Assembly: GCA_038087875.1 (NCBI GenBank)
Contig: JAXLNO010000154.1
Location: forward strand, 1 to 36,059
Reading direction: 5' to 3'
DNA from: Malacoraja senta
Taxonomy: Eukaryota
Length of the DNA: 36,059 bases
Below, piece after piece: positions 11,899 through 21,693 of this stretch (position 1 is the stretch's first letter; every line of letters begins with the position of its first letter). Both the position numbers and the translations under genes were made by a program. The notes under the pieces are model-generated. The model ran no database searches. It was not told where the DNA came from and saw nothing but the letters and a program-made list of their open reading frames with translations.

Positions 11899-12982
11899 CT
11901 TTATTATCGTTACTTTTTTGTATTTATATAATTCATTTGTTCTATATCTCTCTCCATCACTGTCTATATCTCTCGTTTCCCTTTCCCCTGAATCTCAGTC
12001 TGGCGATGAGTCTCGACCCGAAACATCACCCATTCATTTTCTCCAGAGATGCTGTCTGTCCCGCTGAGTTATTCCAGCTTTTTGTGTCTGTTTTCGGTTT
12101 AAACCAGCATCTGCAGTTCCTTCCTACATACAACATGTGTTAATTGGGTGTACGGTTAGATTGTGCTGAAACTGTGATGTTTAAAACTTGCAGACTGTGG
12201 AAGTCAGAGCACCAGTTGTGACTGTGAGACGTGGTGTTGTGTTGGAAACACACAGATGGCCTGGGACGTTCATTAGATGCATCAAGTAGTTGCTATGGAG
12301 ACGATGCAGGACATTCCCCCCCGGTTACGGGTGGGTTCCCTTCCTGGCAACCGTTCCCAAGCGGAACATGTGTCCGTGAACAGAGTTCCCACACGGCAGA
12401 AGATGCCTGCAGCCCCGCAGCAGCCGGTAAATCCATCCCACCGTCTCCCAGACACTCGCTCATGTGTACGGGCTGTACTTTAGTGTGTCCGTAAGCTGGG
12501 GACGATCTACACCTCAAACAAGTTAACTCGGGGCTGGACAACGATTAAAGATAAAGACGGAACAAAGAAATAGTGACAGAAAATGCTCAAAATACTCAGC
12601 CGGTCGGGCAACATCTTGTGGAGAAAGAAACAGTTTATGTTTCACGGTCCTGTAGAAACAGGCCCTTCGGCCCAACTTGTCCATGCTGACCAAGATGCCT
12701 CCTCTAAGCTGATCCTATTTGCCCACGTTTGGCCCATAGCGCTCTGACCTGTCTTCCCCATGTTGAAACACCTTCTGAAAAATGTCTTCTCAGATCAATG
12801 ACCGTTCATCAGAACTGGATGCAGTCACATAATGTGGCCAGTTCTGATACAAACTGGAAAGGCTGGTTATCTGAAATTGCCCATATTAATGATGACTTCA
12901 AGGGCTGCACCACACTGAAACGTGACGCTGTTCCGCAAGATTTTGTCGGCTTCGTTGGAACAATTGGAACGGCTTCATTTGG

Positions 12983-13262
12983 GGCGGCATGGTGGCGCAG
13001 CGGCAGAGATGGCGCCTTATAGCACCAGAGACCCGGGTTCGATCCTGACTATGGGTGCTGTCTGTATGGAGTTTGTACGTTCTCCCCGTGACCTGAGTGG
13101 GTTTACGCTGAGATCTTTGGTTTCCTCGCACACTCCAAAGACATACAGGTTTATAGGTTAATTGGCTTGGTATAATTGTAATTTGTCCCTAGTAGGATAG
13201 TGTTAATATGTGGGGATCTCTGGTCAGTGCAGACTCGATGGGCTCTCTAAACTAAACTAAAC
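12983..13262 (+). mobile_element. HE1-type tRNA-derived V-SINE, near full length
   Basis: A-box tggcgcagcgg, B-box ggttcgatcc, V-domain gtctgtatggagtttgtacgttctccccgtgacc and a (TAAAC)n tail. Confidence 0.85.
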
Positions 13263-13310
13263 AATGTAGGTGGACTAATAATAAAACATGCAATAGCCTG
13301 GCAAATCTGC

Positions 13311-13695
13311 CATAGAAACATGGAAACATAGAAAATAGGTGCAGGAGGAGGCCATTTGGCCCTTCGAGCCAGCCCCGCAATTCATTGTGATCATGGCTAA
13401 TCGTCCCCAATCAATAACCCGTGCCTGCCTTCTCCCCATATCCCTTGATTTCACTAGCCCCTCGAGCTCTATCTAATTCTCTCTTAAATCCACCCAGTGA
13501 TTTGCCCTCCACTGCCCTCTGTGGGAGGGAATTCCACAAATTCACAACTCTGGGTGAAAAAGTTTTTTCTCAACTCAGTCTTTATTGGCCTCCCCTTTAT
13601 TCTAAAACTGTGGCCCCTGGTTCTGGACTCGCCCAACATTGGGGATTTTTTTCCTGCATCTTGCTTGTCCAGTCCTTTTATAATTTTATATTTCT
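13311..13695 (-). mobile_element. CR1 LINE 3' fragment
   Basis: catagaaacatggaaacatagaaaataggtgcagg tail and the CR1 ORF2 C-terminus on the minus strand. Confidence 0.85.
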
Positions 13696-13789
13696 AGAAA
13701 ATAAAATTATAAAAGGGCTGTACAAGCTCGATGCCATCCAGCACCAAACTCCCAAGTGTACCAGATTTGTGAGTTATAATGAACTCTGA

Positions 13790-14675
13790 GAACCAGTGTG
13801 GATCCGCTGGTGTTTCTGGAGGGCCCCTCATTATGTGAAGCTCTTCCCACAGTCAGAACATTTGTACGGCCTCTCTCCGGTGTGGGTCCACTGGTGTTGG
13901 TGGGGGGTCCCTGCCCGTGTGAAACTCTTCCCACATTCTGCACATTCATGATAACTGAAACTCTTCCAACAGCCTCTATCCCATGTGGGTCTTCTTCTTA
14001 TCGAGTCCACACACAAGATTAGAAGTTGTTCAGCCACTATCCCGTGTGGGTCCTCTGTTGTCGATGGAGGGAGCTGGACTATGAAACTCTTCTTCCAGAC
14101 TGTGCTTTTGTACGGCCTCTCTCCGGTGTGGATCCGCTGGTGTAGGTGGAGGGTCCCTGCTCGTGTGAAACTCTTCCCACAGTGTGAACATTTACACGGC
14201 CTCTCTCCGTGGGTCCGCTGATGTCAGTGGAGGTGATCTATCCGTGTTAAACGCTTCGTACAATCTGAACATTTACATTTATTCTGCCTCTCTCCGATGT
14301 GGATCTGTCGCTGTTACTGGAGGGTCCCTGCTCATGTGAAGCTCTTCCCACAGTGTGAACATTTACACGGCCTCTCACCAGTGTGGGTCCACTGGATGTC
14401 CCTGCTCAGTGAAACACTGCCCACGGTCATCATTTATACGGTGCCTCTCCTGTGCGGATCCACTGCTGTCACTGGAGGTCCCTGCTCAGTGAAACATTGC
14501 TCAGTCTGTGCGTTTATGTGGCCAATGTGGATCCGCTGGTGTTTCTGCTGAACCCCTGAGTCTGTGAAACTTCCCGTAGAACATTTGTACGGCCTCTTTC
14601 AGGTGTGGGTCCGCTGGTGTTGGTGGAGGGTCCCTGCCTGTGAAAAACACTTCCCACATTTTGCACATTCATGCC
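13790..14675 (-). pseudogene. Decayed C2H2 zinc-finger array (roughly 10 units) of the PRDM9-like relic
   Basis: Units such as [39 protein letters not shown] and HECAKCGKCFSQAGTLHQHQRTHT*, with a recurrent gcagggaccctcca helix sequence and many stops and indels. Confidence 0.9.
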
Positions 14676-14805
14676 GTCTCTCCTTTGTCCATGCTTGAAG
14701 ATCACCTGATTTCCCAATTCCACTCCTTCCGTCAGATGGTGTGAACGGACTCTGCCCACGTTTACATTGTGAATCTGGGTTCACACCGGAGGCAGAAGGT
14801 TGTCC

Positions 14806-15066
14806 ATAGATACATAGAAAATAGGTCCAGGAGTAGGCCATTCGGCCCTTCGAGCCTGCACCGCCATTCAATATGATCATGGCTGATCATCCAACTCAGT
14901 ATCCCGTACCTGCCTTCTCTCCATACCCCCTGATCCCCTTAGCCACAAGGGCCACATCTAACTCCCACTTAAATATAGCCAATGAACTGGCCTCAACTAC
15001 CCTCTGGCAGTGAGTTCCAGAGATTCACCACTCTCTGTGTGAAAAAGTTTTTCCTCATCTCGGTCT
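14806..15066 (-). mobile_element. Young CR1 3' end inserted into the zinc-finger exon
   Basis: accgagatgaggaaaaactttttcacacagagagtgg...cctattttctatgtatctatg on the minus strand, nearly identical to the long CR1 copies. Confidence 0.92.
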
Positions 15067-15228
15067 GATTTTGGTCTGGAAGCTTCGGGATGCCGTGAGT
15101 GCCGTATAAGGAACTCCGCTGTGGTAAGTGTAACCGTGCAGTGAGGGCAGGGATGACAGTCACTGTTTCCCCGGTGCTGGAAGGCAACAAGGTTCTGTTT
15201 CTCCTCCTTTCTGGCACAGTTCACAGAC
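15067..15228 (-). pseudogene. Exon remnant: start of the C-terminal PR/SET segment fused to the post-SET zinc finger
   Basis: Pyrimidine tract plus ttcgAG|G TCT GTG AAC TGT GCC (phase 2), matching PRDM9 R|YVNCARxxEEQNLVAFQ. It continues directly into SDCHPCPHC-x12-H. Confidence 0.85.
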
Positions 15229-15644
15229 CTCGAACACAGCAGGCAAAGATAAAGGGGATGGTTAACACTCATCACGTGAAGACAGAATGTGAAGTATATC
15301 AGTAAAGTCAGTTGAAAGGCAGGAGATGTTCCCAGCCACGGCCAAAATCCAATCTTAAATATGCTGTCCCGAGAAGGAGACACAGAAGATGCTGTTGTGT
15401 TAATTACAGGGAGGTAAAGACAGAGCAGAAGCCAATAGAAGTTATGTTATCAAAGAACAGGAATGTCCAATATCCTCAGACATATTCTCAAAGTAAACCA
15501 GTGGAGTGAAATGTTAGGACCTGACCCAAATGGTCTCAGAAAGCACAAATCTACTTAGATTTCATGTGGGAAGAAAACTCCTGTCAGCGTGCATCACGAG
15601 AAAAGGGCAAAGAGGAAAAAATGTGAAGAATATTTTCTCCAAAC

Positions 15645-15769
15645 CAATGGCGAGCATGGCTTCATAGTTCTGCTTCACGTTCTTATAATAGAGATGTTCC
15701 CAGTCACTTATCTCTTCCCACTCTTCTTTGGGGAAAATAGCCAGCAATGTCTTTGAAGCTGTCTGCATC
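15645..15769 (-). pseudogene. PRDM9/SSX-type KRAB-A exon with a +1 frameshift
   Basis: Acceptor tttgttgttccAG|GAT GCA GAC AGC TTC AAA GAC ATT GCT GGC TAT TTT, one extra base in ttttcccc (about 15730-15737), then KEEWEEISDWEHLYYKNVKQNYEAMLAI G|GT phase-1 donor. Confidence 0.85.
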
Positions 15770-16069
15770 CTGGAACAACAAACATTGTACCTGATACACT
15801 TTGGTGGAAAATCAGCGGGTGGCTGAGCTCAGTTGTTGGTGAACGACGGCCTCGGTTCCCCCCCACCCCTCTATCCTCACCGACCCCCTCGACCCCAGGC
15901 CCCAGTACGGGTCACGTTGCAGGCAGAGGAGACGAGATTTATTTGGCTTCATGTTCAGCATGGACTTTATGGGCCAAAGGGCCTGTTCCTATGCTGTTCT
16001 GTTCTCTGTTCTTGATATAAAAGATATGTTTGCTTCACGAGAAATAAATACTTGATTGATAATAACAAT

Positions 16070-16487
16070 TTAGTGTAGTTTATTGTCACGTGGAATGACG
16101 TACAGTGAAAGGCTTTTTGTTGTGTACCATACAGTCAGTGGAATGACAAATATTACAATCAAGCCATTTACAGTGTATAGATGATACATGATAAGGGAGT
16201 AACATTTAATACAAGGTAAAGCCAGCAAAGTCCGATCAAGTATAGTCCGAGGATCACCAATGAGGAAGATAGTAGTTCAGGACTGCTCTCTGGTTGTGGT
16301 AGGATGATTCAGTTGCCTGATAACAGCTGGTAAGAAACTGTCTCTGAATTTGGAGGTTTGCATCTTTACACCTCTGTACCTTTTGCCTGATAGAAGAGGG
16401 AGTGGCCAGGGTGAGACTGGTCCTTGATTATGCTGCTGGCCTTGCCGAGGCAGCGTGAGGTGTAAATGGAGCCAATGGAAGGGAGGT
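16070..16487 (-). mobile_element. Rex1-type LINE 3' remnant
   Basis: Minus strand encodes ..LLSGKRYRGVK.. and ends with tgacaataaactacactaa. Confidence 0.65.
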
Positions 16488-17660
16488 GTTTAAGAAAGAA
16501 CTGCAGATGCTGGAAAATCGAAGTTAGACAAAAAATGCTGGAGAAACTCAGCGGGTGAGGCAGCGTCTATGGGGAGAAAGAATAGGTGATATTTCAGGTC
16601 GACCCTTCCTGAGACTGATGTCGGGGGAGGTGGCGGGAAAAAGAAAGGAAGAGGCGGAGACAGTAGGACTAGTGGGACAACTGGGAGAGGGAGGGGAGGA
16701 AGGGAGAAAGCAAGGGCTGTCTAAAATTAGAGAAGTCAATGTTGATACCGCTGGGGTGTAAACTACCCATGTGAAATATGAGGTGCTGTTCCTCCAATTT
16801 GCGCTGGGCCTCACTCTGGCATTGGAGGAGGCCCAGGACAGAAAGGTCAGAATGGGAGGAGGAGTTGAATTGCTGAGCAACCGGGTGATCAAGTTGATTA
16901 ATACGGACTGAGCGGAGGTGTTCACCGAAGTGATCGCCGAGCCTACGCTTAGTCTCACCGATGTAGAGAAGTTGGCACCTGGAACAGCGGAGGCAGTAGA
17001 TGAGGTTGGAGGAGGTGCAGGTGAATCTCTGCTGCACCTGGAAAGACTGATTGGGTCCTTGGATGGAGTTGAGGGGGGAGGTAAAGTGAGAAGTGTTGCA
17101 TTTCCTGCGATTGCATGGGAAAGTACCCGGGGAGGGGGTTGTATTGGGTTGGAAGGGACGAATGGACCAGCGAGTTACGGAGGGAATGTGGAAAGCAGAA
17201 AGGGGAGGAGATGGGAAGAAGTGCCCAGTAGTAGGATCCCGTTGGAGGGCGAAAATGTCGGAGGATGATATGTTGTATGCGACGGCTGATGGGGTGGAAG
17301 GTGAGGACAAGGGGGACTCTGTCCTTGTTACGAGTGGGGAGATGGGGAGTAAGAGCGGAGCTGCGGGATATAGAGAAGACCCCGGTGAGAGTCTCCTCTA
17401 TAATACAAGAGGGGAACCCCCCGTTCCCTAAAGAATGAGGACATCTCCAGTGCCCTAGTATGGAACAACTGATCCTGGGCACAGATGTGGCGTAGACGGA
17501 GGAATTGGGAGTAGGGGATAGTCCTTACAGGAAGCAGGGTGGGAAGATGTGTAGTCCAGATAGCTGTGGGAGGTAGTGAGTTTTAGAGTGGATGTCGGTC
17601 AGTCTGTTGCCTGCGATGGAGATGGTGAGATCTAGAAACGATAGGGAGATGTCGGAAATA
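16488..17660 (-). mobile_element. Penelope-like element (RT thumb region plus GIY-YIG endonuclease), frameshifted
   Basis: NKDRVPLVLTFHP; PGTFPCNRRKC..; FTCTSSNLIYCLRCSRCQLLYIGETKRRLGDHFGEHLRSV..; LEEQHLIFHMGSLHPSGIN. Confidence 0.9.
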
Positions 17661-17728
17661 CATCCGACATCCTGCTGTCACCGCCTCTTCCTTTCTTCCC
17701 CCCCCACCCCAACTTCAGTCTGAAGAAG

Positions 17729-17988
17729 GGTCTCGACCCTAAACGTCGCCTATTCCTTCTCTCCATTGATACTGCCTCCAGGTCTCGACCCGAAACGTCG
17801 CCTATTCCTTCTCTCCATTGATACTGCCTCCAGGTCTCGACCCGAAACGTCGCCTATTCCTTCTCTCCATTGATACTGCCTCCAGGTGTCAACCAGAAAC
17901 GTGGCCACTTCCTTCTCTCCATTGATACTGCCTCCAGGTCTCGACCTGAAACGTGGCCACTTCCTTCTCTCCATTGATACTGCCTCCA
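17729..17988 (+). repeat. Five tandem 52-bp units derived from the Penelope-associated terminal repeat
   Basis: Unit ggtctcgacccgaaacgtcgcctattccttctctccattgatactgcctcca starts at 17729, 17781, 17833, 17885 and 17937. Confidence 0.95.
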
Positions 17989-18068
17989 GGGCTGTGGAGT
18001 CGGAGTCGGAGCAATTTTGCTGCTGCTGGAGGCGGTCAGTAAAAAAGTCCCGACTCCGACTCCAACCT
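17987..18068. mobile_element. Tiny MITE-like inverted-repeat element
   Basis: cagggctgtGGAGTCGGAGTCGG ... CCGACTCCGACTCCaacc, with 14-bp perfect inverted arms. Confidence 0.55.
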
Positions 18069-19144
18069 CAACATAAATTTGGGAGACTTCCTAAATCTCT
18101 GCCTTATCCACTGACTTGGCCTACACCGCCGTCTGTGCCGAAGAATTCCACAGATTCACCTCCCTCTGACTAAAGAAATCCCATCTCATCTCATTCCTGA
18201 AGGAACCTCCTTTAATACTGAGGCTATGACCTCTAGTCCTAGACACTCCCACAAGTAGGAACAGACTTAGGCCATTCGTCCCATCAAGTCTACACCACCA
18301 TTCAATCATGACTGATCTATCTCTCCCTCCTAACCCCATTCTCGTGCCTTCTCTCCATAACCCCTGACACCCGTTCTAATAAAGAATTGTCCAGCAACCG
18401 GGAGATCAGATTGGTTCAGGCGGGCGTTTCGTCTCGCCGATGTATAAGAGTTCACATCTTGATCAACGAATACAGTAGATGAGGTCGGAGGAGGTACAAG
18501 TGAGGCTTTGGCCCACCCTCACCTCCCTTCCAGCTTCCTTCCCCAACTACAACAGATTGAAGAAGGGTCCCGACCCGAAACCTCACCTATCCATGTACTT
18601 GTATTAAACATTATACCCAATATTATGTATCTGTGGATGGCTCGATTGTAATGATGTATAGTCTTTGCGCTGACTGGATAGCACACAACAAAAACCAGAG
18701 GGTGGTGGGTATGTGGAACGAGCTGCCGGAGGAGGTGTAGGGAGGCAGATACAATCACAATCTTTAAAAGGTGTTTGGACAGGTTCATAAGTCACTACAG
18801 CAGAATTCCACCGAGTGAGGCCGTCAGCGATTGCAGCCTCGCCAACGGTCTGTCTGTCTTTTTGTCTATTCTGTTGTTATTTATAGTATGTTTTAACAAG
18901 TTTGTGCTAATGTTCACTGGTTTGTTTTATGTGGGGGGTGGGGCTGGGGAAACTTTTTTTCAATCTCTTACCTTGCAGGAGATGTGATTTTTTACGGGAT
19001 CGTATCTCCGGTCGCTCTGCGGCCTAACATCATGGAGCTGGCGGCCTTGCTCGAGACTGACTTGGAGCCTCACCGCGGGGTCGTGGACTGACCATCAGAG
19101 CCTGCGATCCCTTACCTGGGATCGACTCTCCAACCACGACAGTG

Positions 19145-19620
19145 TAGGTGCACAAGGTTAATTCCCGGGATGGCGGGACTGTCATATGTTGAAAGAATGG
19201 AGCGACTGGGCTGTATACACCAGAATTTAGAAGGATGAGAGGGATTCTTATTGAAAGATAAAATTATTAAGGGATTGGGCACACTAGATGCAGGAAACTT
19301 GTTCCCGATGTTGGGGGAAGTCAAGAACCAGAGGCCACGGTTTAAGAATAAGGGGTAGACCATTTAGAACGGAGATGAGGAAATACCTGTTGACCCAGTG
19401 AGCTGTGAATCTGTGGAATTCTCTGCCTCAGAAGGCAGTGGAGGCCAATTCTCTGGATGCTTTCAAAAGAGAGAGTTAGATAGAGCTCATAAAGATAGCG
19501 TAGTCAGGGGATATGGTGAGAAGGCAGGAACGGGGTACTGATTGTGGATGATCAGCCATGATCAGTGGATGACAGCACTGGCACGAAGGGCTGAATGGCC
19601 TCCTGCACCTATTGTCTATT
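19145..19620 (+). mobile_element. CR1 LINE 3' fragment
   Basis: ttaattcccgggatggcgggactgtcatatg...gatgcaggaaacttgttcccgatgttgggg...cctcctgcacctattgtctat. Confidence 0.85.
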
Positions 19621-19814
19621 GACGGGCAGGGGAAGGGACGCTCACGGCCGGTGCTGCCACAGGCTGGACATGTGGGTGAAACCCTTGCCACACTCAGCAC
19701 ACACAAAGGGTCACTCTCGGTGTGTATCTGCTGGTGCTCCCACAGTCCCCGTGCGCTCTTGAAACGCTTGCTGCAGTGGGAGCAGGTGAAGGGGCGCTCG
19801 CCGGTGGGGGTGCG

Positions 19815-19817
<3 letters not shown>
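19621..19817 (-). pseudogene. C2H2 zinc-finger fragment (2-3 fingers), paralogous to about 26150-26340
   Basis: Minus strand reads [29 protein letters not shown], then ECGKGFTHMSSLWQHR, then ERPFPCPS, with frameshifts between the pieces. Confidence 0.8.

Positions 19818-19892
<75 letters not shown>
19818..19892. repeat. Compound (CT)n(CA)n microsatellite
   Basis: Directly visible. Confidence 0.98.
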
Positions 19893-19893
<1 letters not shown>

Positions 19894-20579
19894 TCACACG
19901 CTATCTCTCTGCCCACAGCACCCGTTCTTGATCTTAAACCATGTATTGTGCTTTTGTATATAATTTATTGTGCTTTTGTATATAATTTATTGTGGGGAGG
20001 TGATCTCAGCCTTCCAAGCCTCAATCCCAGCTCAGCTTATTTCATGGAAAATACATTTATTTCATTGAATAGACATTTATTTCATTGAAAAGACATTTAT
20101 TTCATTGGAATACAACTTGGCTCCAGCCGGTTAACGAGCCAAAGTCCTTGTTTACCGCAGCCAGAGTCTTGCGGACGTCCACGGGCGGAGAGCGAGATCC
20201 CACCGTTCGGAGTTGAGGGGGAATGGCCGGTGGACGGGAAGCGGTGACTCCGGATTAATCCTGACGCCTTTCCCCAGCGAGAAGAAGACAGCGGAATGAC
20301 GAAGAGATGGCCACGAGGGGAGGGAGGCTGTCGATGACTGATCAGCTCGGACCTTGCATCCCACCCAAAGAATGCAACCGCATTCTCGACAGGGCCAAGG
20401 AGGGCTTATATTAGGAACACCTCCATCTGTTTCCCAGCACGGATGGCTGACCTGCTGAGTTCTACCGGCACTTTGGAGGGGAATGGACAGGCGACGTGTC
20501 AGGTCTGGATCCATCTTTGGGCTTATGGGATTCGGGGGAGAAAGGTGGAAAAAAAGAGATGGGGTCGGGACAGACTCTA

Positions 20580-20800
20580 GGACCTGATGAGGGGGAGGGG
20601 TCTCCTTAATTTGGAGAATTCAATGTTCATGTTATTGGGCTTTAAGCAGTGAGGTGCTCTTCCTCCAGTTTGCGTGCCACTCTGACAAAGGAGGAGGCCC
20701 AGGACAGAAAGATCAGTGTGGGAGTGGGAAGGGGATGTAAAATGGTCGGCAACCTGGAGATCCAGCAGGCGTTGGCGGACTGAGCGCAAGTGTAGGGTGA
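20580..20800 (-). mobile_element. Penelope-like GIY-YIG remnant
   Basis: HLRSVRQRLLDLQVADHFTSPSHSHTDLSVLGLL...LKPNNMNIEFS. Confidence 0.75.
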
Positions 20801-21449
20801 AATGCACGCCTGGTCTAGCTACAAGGAACAGCAGGTGCTGGTTTACAAAAAGAGACACAATCTCCTGGAGTAACTTGCACCTCTGGAGAGCATGGACAGG
20901 CAACATTCTAGGTCAGGACCCTTCTTCAGACTGCTTGGTGTGGGGGGGGGGGTGGAGAAAGTTGGAAAGGAGAGGTGAGAGTGGTCGCCTTAGATTCCCT
21001 TCCCTCTACAGATGCGGCCTGGCCCACTGAGTTCCTCCATCGTTTTAGAGGGAATGGCAGATGACGTTATGAGTCTGAACCCTTCTTCAGACTGATTGGA
21101 GAGGGTAGGGGGAGGAATCAGGAAAAGAGAGATGGGGGCTGGACAAAGCCTGGCAAGTGATAGGTGGACACAAAATACTGGAGTAACTCAGCGGGACAGG
21201 CAGCATCTCTAGAGAGAAGGAATGGGTGATGTTTCAGGTTGAGACGCTTCTTCAGAAGTGATAGGTGGATATAGGTGAGGGAGACACAAGAAACTGCATT
21301 TGCTGGAATCATTTATCGAACACAATTTAGTTAGATGCACAGTGTTCAAGAAGGAACTGCAGATGCTGGAAAATCGAAGGTAGACAAAAGTGCTGGAGAA
21401 ACTCAGCAGGTGCGGCAGCATCTATGGAGTGAAGGAAATAGGCAATAGT

Positions 21450-21692
21450 TCGATGCACAGAATCTCTTGCCCAGAGTGTGGGAGTCGAGGAACAGGGGAC
21501 ATGGGTTCAAGATGAAGGGGAAAAGATTTAATAGGAATCTGAGAGGTAACTTTTTCACACAAAGGGTGGTGGGTGTATGGAACAAGCTGCCAGATGAGGT
21601 AGTTGAGGCTGGGACTATCCCAACCTTTAAGAAACAGTTAGACAGGTCCATGGATAGTAAAAGTTTGGAGGGATATGGACCAAACGCAGGCA
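21450..21692 (+). mobile_element. CR1-type LINE 3' fragment, cut by the long CR1
   Basis: PRVWESRNRGHGFKMKGKRFNRNLRGNFFTQRVVGVWNKLP...LEGYGPNAG. Confidence 0.8.
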
Positions 21693-21693
21693 T

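Larger units (their letters stand above)
13790..15769 (-). pseudogene. PRDM9: PRDM9-like pseudogene / truncated paralogue (KRAB exon, partial PR/SET, post-SET zinc finger, C2H2 array)
   Basis: Three independent PRDM9-like peptides in PRDM9 order with splice signals: DADSFKDIAGYF/PKEEWEEISDWEHLYYKNVKQNYEAMLAIG; SVNCARKEEKQNLVAFQHRG; HPCPHCTVTLTTAEFLIRH. A TGERPY-linked C2H2 array follows. There are frameshifts, stops, large deletions and a CR1 insertion. Confidence 0.85.

Noticed and set aside
12808..12849. Small hairpin atcagaactgg...ccagttctgat
   Set aside because: The stem is only 11 bp, too short to support an RNA gene call.
12983..13055. tRNA gene (A and B boxes)
   Set aside because: It is the head of a V-SINE and continues into the V-domain and LINE-like tail.
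15562..15768. Stand-alone 68-aa KRAB protein starting MQTASK
   Set aside because: The N-terminus is the wrong frame of a frameshifted exon and the C-terminus is intron read-through.
17729..17988. CRISPR-like periodic array
   Set aside because: The units are contiguous with no unique spacers, derive from a Penelope-associated repeat, and sit in eukaryotic DNA with no cas genes.
19612..20088. ORFs with (SL)n or (RE)n tracts, and the Pro/Ser-rich ORF at 35665-36048
   Set aside because: These are translations of microsatellite and polypurine tracts.
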